A DNA stretch of 64,000 nucleotides. Source: Eledone cirrhosa (Eukaryota). The position numbers and the translations under genes are program-made. Below, piece by piece: positions 1-11,680 of this stretch. Location: NCBI GenBank assembly GCA_964016885.1, contig OZ024758.1, forward strand, positions 29,388,001-29,452,000, given 5' to 3'. The first letter of the stretch is position 1. Every line of letters starts with the position of its first letter. Below the pieces are notes generated by a model. That model searched no databases. It was not told where the DNA came from and was given only the letters and a program-made list of their open reading frames with translations.

Positions 1-676
1 TTCACAGACAGTTCAACCTCTTGTTCGCAGACAGTTCAACCTCTTGTTCGCAGACAGTTCAACCTCTTGTTCGCAGACAGTTCAACCTCTTGTTCGCAGA
101 CAGTTCAACCTTTTGTTCGCAGACAGTTCAACCTCTTGTTCGCAGACAGTTCAACCTCTTGTTCGCAGACAGTTCAACCTCTTGTTCGCAGACAGTTCAA
201 CCTCTTGTTCGCAGACAGTTCAACCTCTTGTTCGCAGACAGTTCAACCTCTTGTTCGCAGACAGTTCAACCTCTTGTTCGCAGACAGTTCAACCTCTTGT
301 TCGCAGACAGTTCAACCTCTTGTTCGCAGACAGTTCAACCTCTTGTTCACAGACAGTTCAACCTCTTGTTCACAGACAGTTCAACCTCTTGTTCACAGAC
401 AGTTCAACCTCTTGTTCGCAGACAGTTCAACCTCTTGTTCGCAGACAGTTCAACCTCTTGTTCGCAGACAGTTCAACCTCTTGTTCGCAGACAGTTCAAC
501 CTTTTGTTCGCAGACAGTTCAACCTCTTGTTCGCAGACAGTTCAACCTCTTGTTCACAGACAGTTCAACCTCTTGTTCACAGACAGTTCAACCTCTTGTT
601 CGCAGACAGTTCAACCTTTTGTTCACAGACAGTTCAACCTCTTGTTCGCAGACAGTTCAACCTTTTGTTCACAGAC
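1..676. repeat. 23-bp minisatellite (TTCGCAGACAGTTCAACCTCTTG)n, about 29 copies, truncated by the window edge, in a UPB1 intron
   Basis: Direct reading; only two variable positions (G/A and C/T). It explains the three repetitive ORFs at 21-878. Confidence 0.97.
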
Positions 677-699
677 ATACTATTTTCTCTCGCTGCTGA

Positions 700-975
700 T
701 TGACGACCTCGAGGATGTGCTTCACACGAGACACATGCACTGGTACAGCCACGTTGAGCGCAGTGAGGGCTGGATCAACAAAGTAATAAATGTCAATCGA
801 GGAGGCAGTAGAGGCCCGGGAAGACCTAAAAGGAGGATGTCCGTTGTGATCAAGCTAGGCTTGGCATGGCCAAAGTGAAACCAGTGGACAGAAACACATG
901 GAGCGGGACACTAAGGAGTGCTGTCACGCAGAACCCACCCCTACTTAGGGATTGTGTCTTGCATAATGATGATAA
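700..975 (+). mobile_element. RTE-clade LINE 3' fragment
   Basis: RHMHWYSHVER...GSRGPGRPKR matches the RTE C-terminal motif (LRW.GHV.R...R.RGRP); short ATGATGATAATA tail. Confidence 0.7.
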
Positions 976-1060
976 TAATACTGTTACTTATTTTATTATG
1001 AGAGATTCACAACAAATTAAATATTGAAGTAACAAATGTTCCCCCTAAAATAGTACTTAC

Positions 1061-1145
1061 CACATGTGTTAGCAAGGACATCACCATGAACTTCATCTCT
1101 CTCCAATATTGGTGAGATGATCACCATGTCGAACATCTTAGCCAT
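1061..1145 (-). CDS. UPB1: Beta-ureidopropionase, coding exon 5 (MAKMFDMVIISPILERDEVHGDVLANTC+G); the gene continues beyond the left edge
   Basis: ttctcAG acceptor, GTAAGT donor, 85 nt; MV..SPILERD..HG motif. Confidence 0.94.
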
Positions 1146-1220
1146 CTGAGAAATTCAAACAAAATATGTTTTTTAAATGCATAAAAAAAAGAGAATAAAC
1201 TATAATAGTAATATTTTGGA

Positions 1221-1706
1221 TTAACCCTTAAGCATTTAAACAGGCCAGAAATTTCTGATCTCTCTTCCGTTCAAACCAGCCGTAATCGACCACTCATACT
1301 GATGTTATATTGTTTTCAAAATAAATAATATCAAAATCTCGTAGATTCGATATTATGTGTGACTAGACCATCTGTGACCCATTGAGTCACATTCACTTCA
1401 AAATATTTCTTTAAAATCTACTCTCTCACAACCATTATCTCTTTCTCTCTCTATTTATGAAGGTACTCGGAAAAACCCCGTATCTCGAGAATCTGTCCTC
1501 CGATTTACGCGAAACTTGTTTTATTTCATTTGTATTCCCATTTCAGGGTCAACTTCCTTTCAAAGTATTTTCCCATTATGCACCATTTTGGCTGTATTAC
1601 ATTACAGACAACCATACAAGCACAAGAGTTTTAGTAGTATATAGATAAAGCTTTTACCACAAAAATACAATAATATATATAGAGTAATGTAAATGCTAAA
1701 GGTTGA
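1221..1706. mobile_element. piggyBac-like MITE (TTAA-CCCTT...AAGG), degraded, with an insertion
   Basis: Termini TTAACCCTTAAGCATTTA / TAAATGCTAAAGG; same family as the copies at 3155, 7916, 22698 and 44001. Confidence 0.6.
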
Positions 1707-1807
1707 AATTGAGTTATAATATTGTTAGTGCAGATGTATCCGAGAAGATTGAATATTTAGATTCTATTGTACCACATTCTTGATAATAATATCTTAACCC
1801 TCTAGAT

Positions 1808-2175
1808 CAGCAGTTCCCAAAGTTTTTTTTGAAAAAGTAAAAATATGCCGACACACTTTTTACTATAAATTTGGAAATTTATTCAAAAGAGTTTTTCATA
1901 TATATTAGCATAACATAAGGTTAAAAGGTTCTAGACCCCATTCCCTCCTGATTAACTCAATGTACAAACTACCTCTCATTCTTAACAGAGTTGACAAATT
2001 GTGCTATTTTTCACAAATCTTGTTACTTGCCATTTTGACAGCTATATATGAACTTTCATACGAATTTCAGTCTGCATTTTTCACATCTTAAAACTTAATC
2101 TTAATCTTTTGTGGCATATCTAGTTACATCTCATGGTGCACTAAGTCACTGTGGAAAACGGTTTGGGAACCATTG
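1808..2175. mobile_element. hAT-like MITE with 8-bp TSD CTCTAGAT
   Basis: TIRs CAGCAGTTCCCAAA / TTTGGGAACCATTG; TSD at 1800-1807 and 2176-2183. Confidence 0.85.
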
Positions 2176-4036
2176 CTCTAGATTCTCCTTTAACTCTTAA
2201 CATTCTGTACTGCATGAACCACTACAAGACATTTTTGAAAAGTACAAAATAGTATGATGGAATCTTATTAGAAACTGAAGTCTTCACTCTAATACTACAT
2301 ATTTTCACAATGATCTGTCAACTAGTAAATATACTATAAACATTTGAATGAACAAACCTGTTTTTAGATATTTTCTGCTAAATCATTACAGGATGTTAAG
2401 AGTTAAACATAGCTAAGGGAGCTAATGAGAATCTTTACCCAATTCAATAGAAATAGCAGTCAAATCTCCCTCAAACCACATACTACTGTCTTAACAGAAA
2501 ATAAATATTAGACAATGCTGTCATAGATATACAAAAAAGACAGGGTGGTCATAGCTGGAACTCTTTTGATGATAGGTTTTCTTGATAAGGGTTGACCTGG
2601 GTCTAAACAAGTCACAACTTGAAGTGGTAAAAACATTTTTTTAAAATGTTAAATTATGCTAATTCTGCAATTTAGAATCATCTCTTCTGATCAATGTTAG
2701 TAAAATACAGTTGTAGAAACCATACCAGAAAAGAGGACCCTTCAGTTACTGCAAAACAACCTCTCTAGTGCTTGGGGGTTATGAAAAATGTACCCAGTAT
2801 ATTCTGTAAAGTGGTTGGTGATAGAAAGGGCATTCAGCTCTAGAAAACCTGCCAACTAAAGGGCCAGGAGGACTCTTTAGTCGTGTCTGACATGAGACCC
2901 TTACTAGTGGTGGTGCCCCTAGTATACTATGTAGGGTGCAGGAACACAGTGAGATGTAGCCACACACCTGAGAGGTCAGTAACATTGATTAAATACTGAC
3001 TTGGCCTGCGATGACTTGTGCAACTCTTGGTAGCAGGAAAAAAAAAAAAACGGATTTTCAATGATGATGATGAAATATAAAAATGGATATTAAATGGTGA
3101 TGATAAACACTATCATAGAACATGGGCAGTTTGGTATCAAAAAGGTTCTAAGTTAGCATTTAAACCAGCCGTATCCGGCCAGAATTCTCTCGCTTCTTAC
3201 TGTTCAAACCGGCTGTAATTGGCAGCTCATACTGATGTTAAGGTATTGCTCTCAAAATAAATAATATCAAAATTTCATAGATTCAATATTATGTAAGATA
3301 AAGCCTTTACTGCGAAAATATAATAGTAAATGCTAAAGGGGTTAATTTTTAATTAGAATATAGGTATATCTCACCCTACTCATAAAAGGTTCCAGAAGTC
3401 ATGATGTAAGTTGAAAAATGACAGATGTAAAATTAACCCACTTCCCATAAACCGCTAATAGGTATTCCCCACTGCTGTATATTTTAGCATTAATTTAAAC
3501 CTTTAGTATTTACATTACTCTATATTTATTATTGTATATTTGTGGTAAAGGCTTTATTTCACATAATATCGAAGCTATAAGATTTTGATACTATTTATTT
3601 TGAGAAAACCACCGTAACTTTGAAAATAACGAAGCTTAAAACATAAGCCGAGGTTTACCTGTACATATTTATATATCATTTAATACAACAGCTGGCTAGA
3701 AACTGAAAATTCCTGTCAGTTTTAAGATAAGGAATTTGATATGTTGTCTTTCTACAACATATCATTAGCAAGATAATTTCTTGAAACATCTGTTGTTTTA
3801 CAGAGGTTTACCTGTAACAACAATAATTACCTACTATAACTACTACTACTGCCTTATTGAAGCAGCCATGTGCTAGTTAAGTTATGAGGCCCCCTATTTG
3901 GGCCCTGAAGGAGGTAAAAAGATTTGTTGGCAAGAAAATGGGGCACTCTTGGCTAATGGGGCCCTGTGCTTAAGCAAACCTAAGCACAACGGTAAATTCA
4001 GCAATGTCTGTAAGAAAATAAAATAAAAAGTATCAC

Positions 4037-4131
4037 CTGCTGCATCAACTTGGTTGTAGGACCAGTTTTAGCATTCTCAGCAAATTCAGACCATGGGTAC
4101 TTTTCTCGAGTACAAAAAGCAAAAGGCATAT
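4037..4131 (-). CDS. UPB1: Beta-ureidopropionase, coding exon 4 ([32 protein letters not shown])
   Basis: tattAG acceptor, GTGATA donor, 95 nt. [16 protein letters not shown]...GPTT is diagnostic for UPB1. Confidence 0.96.
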
Positions 4132-4371
4132 CTAATAAAAAGAAAATAATTTGTTCAATTCTTAGAATAATGTAATAATTAAATATTCAAACAGCAATCA
4201 AACAGCCTGGAGATAATCCTATTAGTCAATTGCTTGATTTCAGTTATACCCTTCGAACTGACATGACTAACAATATTTTAACTTCCCTGTTAACTAAGAG
4301 TTCAAATAATTTATCACCCACTGATAGATTGTAATAAAAATTCAAGCAGGAAATGTTATTTGATTTAGTGA

Positions 4372-4830
4372 TTCTATGGCCATGTGGTTAGAATGTCTCA
4401 GGAAAAAATAGCTGGACAGATTTTATGGGCAAAACCAACCAGCAGAAGACCCAGAGGTAAACCCCGAGTAAGATGGTTGGAGTTCCTCCGAAGAGTCTTT
4501 GGAGTAACATTACTTGATAGAGTGCATAACTCGGAGATCAGAGAGTCACTCCAGGTAGAGCTGCTACTTCTCCGAATTGAGAGATCACAGCTCAGATACT
4601 ACGGACATGTGGTTAGAATGTCTCAGGAAAGAATCGCTGGACAGATTTTACAGGCAAAACCAATTGGCAAGAGACCTAGGGGTAGAGCCCAAACAAGGTG
4701 GCTGGTCACGTTTGAGGATCCAGTCAGATCAGTTGGAATGGTTGCTTCTGACAGGACCCGGTGGAGGGAGTGTTTGAGGACTCTGCCCCTACAACCCTCT
4801 CAGAAATAAGTGGGCAAAGAAGGAGAAGAC
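4372..4830 (+). mobile_element. RTE-clade LINE 3' fragment with a partial internal duplication
   Basis: IERSQLRYYGHVVRM...GKRPRGR...RW motif; the VVRMSQE segment occurs twice. Confidence 0.8.
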
Positions 4831-5166
4831 TCTTTTGCTCCTTTCCACATCCCAGATGCTGTGGTAAAAGTGGGGGTCACTGCGTCTGTAGCTAAACTGA
4901 ATAAAATTCTAAAATATCAAGAATTATCAGTAAACTACATTTAAAATATTTGGGGTGTTGAACCACCGACAAAGAAGTTTTTGTCCTTGTTGTTGTTGGT
5001 AGCTTGCTTTATTGAGATATCAGGTGATGTCCATGAGGGTGCTTGGTTATTCCCAGCACCTTAACCTCGCTATCACCCATAGCAATGCTGTGTGTTGGCC
5101 TGCCTTACTGCGGTTCAGTGTGTGGTTTTCTCCACCCATATTTCTTCTTTTTTTAGTACTGCATGC

Positions 5167-5202
<36 letters not shown>

Positions 5203-5296
5203 TCATCAACATATTTCACGTCTGCTTTTCCATGCTTGCAAGGGTGGGATGGGAACAGATTATATATACACACAGATATATATATACACACACACA

Positions 5297-5393
5297 CAGG
5301 GTGCCCCCAAAAAATGTATACACAATATACCTGTACAGGCAATATTTATTAGAATGCTATTGCAGTGTGTATACATTTTTTGGGGACACCCTG
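5297..5393. mobile_element. Short Tc1/mariner-like MITE (hairpin)
   Basis: TIRs CAGGGTG.CCCCAAAAAATGTATACAC and its reverse complement. Confidence 0.75.
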
Positions 5394-6086
5394 CATATTT
5401 ATAAATTATTACATTTGTATGCAAGAGAAAGGCAGATTACTATTGGTTTCCTTTTCACTAAACACAAAGACAGAGAATAAGTGATGTTTATGCCTTTCCC
5501 GAGAGAGCTAGTAGTGTATGGAAAATGAAATTACTTTATCATCAACATCATCATATTACTAATAACAGATGTGAACTAGGACCTTACCATATGTCAGATC
5601 TACAGCTCAATAGAACATACACCATATATTTCAATTGAAGACATGTATAACAGTTGATCGACAAGATCCTAGACCTCATTCGCTTAACAAGTGGGGTGGA
5701 GCTCGTGAAATTGAACTGAGGAAACAATGTTTCCATTGGTCTTTCCAATTTCTAATACTATCTGCCAGGAGCAACTCCAGGTAGAAGGAGCAACATGAAA
5801 TAAAGTGTCTTGCTCAAGGACATAACTCATCGCCAGGTCCTGGTATCGAACGCACAACCTCACGGTTGTGAATCCAATTCTCTAACCATTCAGCCACACA
5901 CCTACAGATGTAAATAAGAAAAAAAAAAACCCTGTACATATTACTCAAATAGCAGCCAGCAATAGGTAGGCTAGACAGAAGCCAGAAGACTAATGTAAAA
6001 TGACATTATGGGAGTGAAGTAAATGAAGACTACTGAAATGTTTATGATTGATTTAGACAAATTAAATTAGTCTTCTTGGTTTAGAC

Positions 6087-6396
6087 CAGTAGTTCCCCAA
6101 CCTTTTCTGCCCCACCTCAACATCTCAAACATTTTTATGTCCCACTTTGATATAAAAACAGTGATGACCAACTACAAAGTGTAAACAAATTGGTGTATGG
6201 GTGATGTCAGATGTACAATAACATGTGTGGAGGAGGTGAGACAGGAGTTCCTGACCATAATTTGTTACAAGGCTGCCTTGGTGTAAAAGTAATAAGGTAA
6301 AACCTGAAGTTTTCCCCCATTAACCTCATTTTCAAATTGTCCCCCTTGAATATTAAAATTGATTCTCTGTGGGGGTGTGAACCCTGGGAATTACTG
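6087..6396. mobile_element. hAT-like MITE with 8-bp TSD GTTTAGAC
   Basis: TIRs CAGTAGTTCCC / GGGAATTACTG; TSD at 6079-6086 and 6397-6404. Confidence 0.85.
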
Positions 6397-6552
6397 GTTT
6401 AGACAAATGAAATGAGTTTTATTTTCACCTCTGGCCAAGACATTTTAAATTATAACATCTTATAAATTATATAATGCAAACAAATTAAGCTTAAAACAGT
6501 TTAAGTTTATCACAGAAGAAACAAACAAAAACTCATCAAAATAAATAGTTAT

Positions 6553-7045
6553 ATGAGGGTAGGTTTAAAAGTTCATAGGCTGACCAAGATACTCTCATGG
6601 AATGACCAAATGAGGTTTATTTTTCAACATAGTCCCTGGGAAGAAACAATGTAATTATTTAATGCAGATAGAGGCACATGGCTTAGTGGTTAGAGCATTG
6701 GCCTTGCAATCGAAAGGTTGTGAGTTCAATTCTCAGACCAGGTGATGTATTGTTTCCTTGAGCAAGACACTTTATTTCACATTGCTCCAGTTTACTCAGC
6801 TGCAGAAATGAGATGATAGGAACTGGGGTCCCTATCATTCCACTGTAAAAAAAGCACCCAGCACTCACTGTAAACGAGGTTGGTGTTAGGAAGGGCATCC
6901 AGCTGTAGAAATCAAGCCAGAATCAGTTCCCGTCCAACCCGTGCAAGCTGGGAAAAGCGGACGTAAAATGATGATGAGGTAAGATTTCACAGCACTAGCA
7001 TCACTCGTTCATAGTCAGCCTATGAACCTTTCAGCCTACCCTCGT
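6553..7045. mobile_element. mariner-like MITE interrupted by a SINE (6672-6978)
   Basis: TIRs (T/C)GAGGGTAGG....AAGTTCATAGGCTGAC at both ends, flanked by TA. Confidence 0.75.
6672..6978 (+). mobile_element. tRNA-derived SINE with a CORE/V-like central domain and an RTE-type tail. Related copies at about 5640-5905(-), 8347-8660, 11810-12070(-), 13290-13560(-), 14693-15090, 25770-26095(-), 26137-26450 and 46030-46330(-)
   Basis: A box TGGCTTAGTGG, B box GTTCAATTC, TGTTTCCTTGAGCAAGACACTT core, GGTTGGTGTTAGGAAGGGCATCC...(ATG)n tail shared with the RTE 3' end. Confidence 0.85.
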
Positions 7046-7074
7046 ATAAGTATTAAAAAATTGTTAAAACTCAC

Positions 7075-7162
7075 GCCATGCTTCTTGAAGACACAGAATA
7101 TTGACACCACATAGAGATGCAGCCTTGATAATATTACAAATTTTATTGTGAATCGCATCACG
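7075..7162 (-). CDS. UPB1: Beta-ureidopropionase, coding exon 3 (RDAIHNKICNIIKAASLCGVNILCLQEAW), with the nitrilase-fold catalytic Glu
   Basis: cctAG acceptor, GTGAGT donor, 88 nt, in frame; GVN..C.QEAW motif. Confidence 0.95.
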
Positions 7163-7261
7163 CTAGGTTTAAAAATAAAATTTTTAAAATCATTCAGTAT
7201 AAAAGAAGTATGTACTAGGTAATAAAATTATATTTCTATATTTGAGACTAAACAAAAACCT

Positions 7262-7595
7262 TATAACTGTACTATAACAGTTACTGCTATAACTGTACTA
7301 TAACAGTTACTGCTATAACTGTACTATAACAGTTACTACTATAACAATTATTACTATAACAGTTGTTACTCTAACTGTACTAAACAGTTACTACTATAAC
7401 TACTAAAATAGTTATTACTGTAACTATCAAAACAGTTACTACTATAACTGTACTATAACAGTTATTACTATAACTGTATTAAATCAGTTAATACTATAAC
7501 TATTAAATCAGTTAATACTGTACTAAAATAGTTATTACTGTTATTGTACTATAATAGTTACTAGTTATTGTACTATAAGTTATTACTATAATTGT
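7262..7595. repeat. Degenerate 26-bp minisatellite (ATAACTGTACTATAACAGTTACTGCT)n
   Basis: Direct reading; the first three units are near-perfect and the array decays rightwards. Confidence 0.9.
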
Positions 7596-7915
7596 TTCTA
7601 ACATAGATTTCTTTCAGAGAAAATTTTTGTTTCTTTTAAAATCTGATAATTTTATGAAGATATGTTTTTATCAAGAAATAACAGTGACAATTGATAATTT
7701 ATGATAATTGGGGCAACTTGTGTATAAGTTAAAGAAAAGATTCTGAGTTCAAATCCCCCTTAGGTTAGCTTTGCCTTTCATCCTTACAGAGTCAATAAAA
7801 TAAAAGTACCAGTCACACACTGGGGTTGATTTAATCAACTTACCTCTATTCCAAAATTGTTGGCCTTGTGCCTAAGTCAGAAACCATTTTATAAGAGGCT
7901 TTACGAGTCGATATT

Positions 7916-8125
7916 TAACCCTTTAGCATTTACATTATATTTACTACTGTATTTTCACAGAAAAGGCTTTATCTTACATAATATTGAATCTACGAGATCT
8001 TGATATTATTTATTTTGAGAACAATACCTTAACATCAGTATGATCGGCTAGTTACAGCCGGTTTGAACAGAAAAAGGTGAGAGAATTTTGGCTAGATACG
8101 GCCAGTTTAAATGCTAAAGGGCTAA
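7916..8125. mobile_element. piggyBac-like MITE
   Basis: TTAA-CCCTTTAGCATTTA...TAAATGCTAAAGGG termini. Confidence 0.8.
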
Positions 8126-8939
8126 AGTTCCACACATCAACAGACATCTTTGTCTCTAATTTCATGGCATTTAGAAGATGGGAAATAAATCTTCCCTGGA
8201 TAGGATGCCAGGTAAAGTTGCCCTGCTGTATACCAGGTAATGATTTAGAAAACTTCTCTGGAAGATCAAGATGGAGATTTGGAAATCTCAAACAACTTCA
8301 ATAGTAAAAGCAAAAAACACTTTATTTATGAATATGTATGTGTAAAGGCGCATGGCTTAGTGGTTGAAGCATTGAGCTTGCAATCGAGAGGTTGTGAGTT
8401 CAATTCTCGGACCTGGTGATGCGTTGTGTCCTTGAGCAAGACACTTTATTTCATGTTGCTCCAGTTTACTCAGCTGTAGAAATGAGTTGCGATGTCACTG
8501 GTGTCAAACTGTATCGGTCATTACCCTTGGACAACATCGGTGGCGTGGAGAGAGGAGAGTGGTATGCATGAGCGACTACTGGTCTTCCACAAACAACCTT
8601 ATCCAGAGGGGAACTTGCTAGGTGTAAATCCAGTGGTCATTCGTGACCGAAGGGGGTCTTTAACTTTTTTTTTTATGTGTGTGGATAGCCAATTTCTTCT
8701 AGAGCTGGAGAGAAAAAAGATATAAAGGAAAAATTGACCCCAAAAGGATGAAAGGCAAAGTTGAACTTGGTGGGATTTGAACTCTGAATGTAAAGAGCTG
8801 AAAGGAATACTGCAAAGCCTTCTATCTGATGTTCTAATGACTGCCTATTCACTGCCTTATGAGTATGAAGAGTGAAACTGGGGAAGACTCAACAACAGCA
8901 ATGTATATAAGATATCTAGACAGAAATTTATAGACTCAC

Positions 8940-9111
8940 TTGTACAGTAATTGAAGCAGAGGTACTCTCTACAATCTGATTTTGGATGGCACCGATCCGA
9001 ACAAGACGTGGAGACCGGACTTCTTCTGTTCGAGCATTAAATATATAACCTTTAATTTCAAAATTCTTATCTTTAGCAAATTCTTCGGCTTCATTTGAAA
9101 TTTTCATTTTT
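8940..9111 (-). CDS. UPB1: Beta-ureidopropionase, coding exon 2 (R-KMKISNEAEEFAKDKNFEIKGYIFNARTEEVRSPRLVRIGAIQNQIVESTSASITVQ)
   Basis: tttcAG acceptor, GTGAGT donor, 172 nt, frame continuous with exon 1. Carries the UPB1 motif R.PR.V..G..QN. Confidence 0.95.
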
Positions 9112-9167
9112 CTGAAATGAAACAAAATAGAATATATTCCATTACATATATACACATACATATATAC

Positions 9168-9216
<49 letters not shown>

Positions 9217-9613
9217 ATAACTAGAAATTGATTAACATATAAATATACATCACAGGAGATAATTTTTGCCCGCGTGTAACCACGCATAGCTAGTTTGAGT
9301 TATAATTACCTTTAAGTATGATTAACCTTCCTTGTATATATCCCATTAAAGAAATATATTTCACCAATTAATCAGATGGTAAGTCACGGAAAGTGGATAT
9401 TATTGGATTGTCAACAAGGAAGCGTAATAAAGTCCAGCTATCCGTCCTTACACAACGAGTTTAAATCTTCATCTAGCCGTTACCACGTGTTGTGTCTACA
9501 CATGATAGCGGTTTTGTTTCAGTGGCATGAATAGGTATTCGACAACTAGAAATAGCAGTCAAATTTTCTTCAACAGAAATAGCTCTACAATTAAGGAGCC
9601 GTATATATATATC

Positions 9614-9931
9614 TATATCCAAAATTAAGATAAAATAAATTAAATGAATTTAATCTAAATTGTGGGTGTCATGCCATAATGGCAAACGCCATATCACCTG
9701 GGAATTAAGCTCTAAGATAAATCTGAGCATTTTATAATAACTAGAAATCTCCTGTGATTATTCATGTATATTCATATATATATATATATGTTAATCAATT
9801 TCTAGTTATTATAAAATGCTCAGATTTATCTTAGAGCTTAATTCCCAGGTGATATGGCGCTTGCCATTATGGCATGACACCCACAATTTCGATTTAAATT
9901 AAATTCATTTAATTTATTTTATCTTAATTTT

Positions 9932-9938
<7 letters not shown>
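9614..9938. repeat. Inverted duplication (arms about 9614-9748 and 9798-9938) flanked by (TA)n
   Basis: The arms are reverse complements apart from a few substitutions and a small indel. Confidence 0.92.
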
Positions 9939-9972
<34 letters not shown>

Positions 9973-10713
9973 GTTGTCCCTCAGTTTTTGCAGGAGTTAC
10001 GTTCCTAGAGCACTTGCGAAGAGTGAACAACCGTGGATATTGGAATATTGGACATGGTCCATAAAAATGCCTATAAGTGTCAAAACAATGTAAAATATAG
10101 GCCAGCAAATATGGTAGATTGTTAATAATTCAATATTAAAAAGAGTGAAAAAATATATATTGCCATGAAAAAAAGCCATTAAAAAGTCGTGAAAGATATT
10201 TACGATTCTGTAAATATGCGGTAGTTTCCACGAACAATTATTAGTTAGGTTCTAAGGAAATTTCATGAATAACCAGGACCCCGAATGCTGGGGCTACACT
10301 GTATATATATTTCCTTTGTCAGTGTTGAACAAACGAGCAACGATGGTTGCTGGACACTACGGCTTAATTTGGGATGTTTGTTTACAAACACACCGAGCAT
10401 TATAATAAATGTTCGGTGAATCCATACGTACATATATATATATGTGTGCATGTATGTATATATATATACATACTACTGTACGTCTGTATACATATATGTA
10501 TGTACGTGTACATACTTATATTTAAGTAACAGCCGTACTAAGAGTGGGAAATGAAATTTCGTTTCATTTTTTCCGTTTATATATATATTTAATTATGTAA
10601 TAAACAACAATATAATTATTCCATTACCCAAGGTTTTACGAAGTCAGACGATTCTAACAGAAGCGTCCGATATCCTTCGTCAGAAATACTTAAAAGATAT
10701 ATATATATATATA

Positions 10714-11550
10714 GGCTGCTAAAGGGTTCTCTCTAAAAATGAAAGGCATTCTGTATGATGCCTGCATACGAACAGCAATGTTACATGGCAGCGAGAGCTG
10801 GGCATTGTGTGCAGAGGATATATGCAGACTGGAGAGGAACGAAGCTTGCATGCTCCGCTGGATGTGTAATAGTAATATACGCGAACGGCAAAGCATAAAC
10901 GAACTAAGGGAGAAATTAGGAATAAGAGGGATCAGATGTTTACTCAAGAGAAGACTACGTTGGTATGATCACGTGATGCGCATGAAAGATGACAGCTGTA
11001 TAAAAAAGTGCAGGGCAATAAAAATAGACGGTAGCCACGGAGTAGGCAGACCCAGAAAAACCTGGGATGACTTGATAAATTCTAACCTCACACACTTACA
11101 CCTCTCCAAGATGATGTCACTGGACCGAGATCTTTGGCGCTACACAGTAATACAGAAGACCCGCCTTGCCTAAGTACAAAGCAAAACCTACAATCAGTAG
11201 GCACCTCTTAACAAAAATACACCCCCATCCCACTACCTCCACCCCATCCACACCACCCCTTTCAATGTAAAGTTATGTTGGTACCACAACATCCAGTCCG
11301 AAATAAATGAGGTCGTGTAGGTGTCACAACAAAAAAACCCACAGTCCACGCTGTAATGTGGCCGTGTAGGTAACACGGTAAAAACCTCCCAGTCCACACT
11401 GTAAACGTGGTTGGTGTTAGGAAGGGCATCCAGCCAGACAGTCCTATACGAGCAAGACAACCACTCTTGCCTCAAGTGGGAAAATTCCCGTCCAGACCCA
11501 TGCAAGCGTGGAAGATGGACGTTAAACGATGATGATGATGATGATGATGA
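10714..11550 (+). mobile_element. RTE-clade LINE 3' end (ORF C-terminus, 3' UTR and (GAT)n tail)
   Basis: LYDACIRTAMLHGSESW...RRLRWYDHV...GRPRKTW; highly similar to 24780-25660. Confidence 0.9.
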
Positions 11551-11583
11551 TATATAAATAATAGTAATCAACAAAAGATATAT

Positions 11584-11680
11584 CATCACTATATATTTCA
11601 TTATATATATTTCGGAGATGCAAACATTTATGTGTAACATAAATCAGAGCATGTCCTCATCAGATAAAATACATGAGATG
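11584..11680 (-). ncRNA. Minimal type-I hammerhead ribozyme (sense to UPB1 intron 1)
   Basis: Minus strand reads catctcatgtattttat-CTGATGA-ggacatgc...gcatctcc-GAAA-tatata-TA-atgaaatatatagtgatg. Stems I and II pair, loop III is palindromic, cleavage triplet AUA. Confidence 0.85.

Noticed and set aside
21-878. Three long repetitive ORFs (FADSSTSCSQTVQPLVRRQFNLL)n and a CRISPR-like appearance
   Set aside because: A pure 23-bp tandem repeat without spacers, in a eukaryotic intron; the ORFs follow from a stop-free unit.
6672-6745. tRNA-like heads (also at 8347, 14693, 26137, 29648 and others)
   Set aside because: They continue into SINE core and tail sequence and lack a full cloverleaf; they are SINEs, not tRNA genes.
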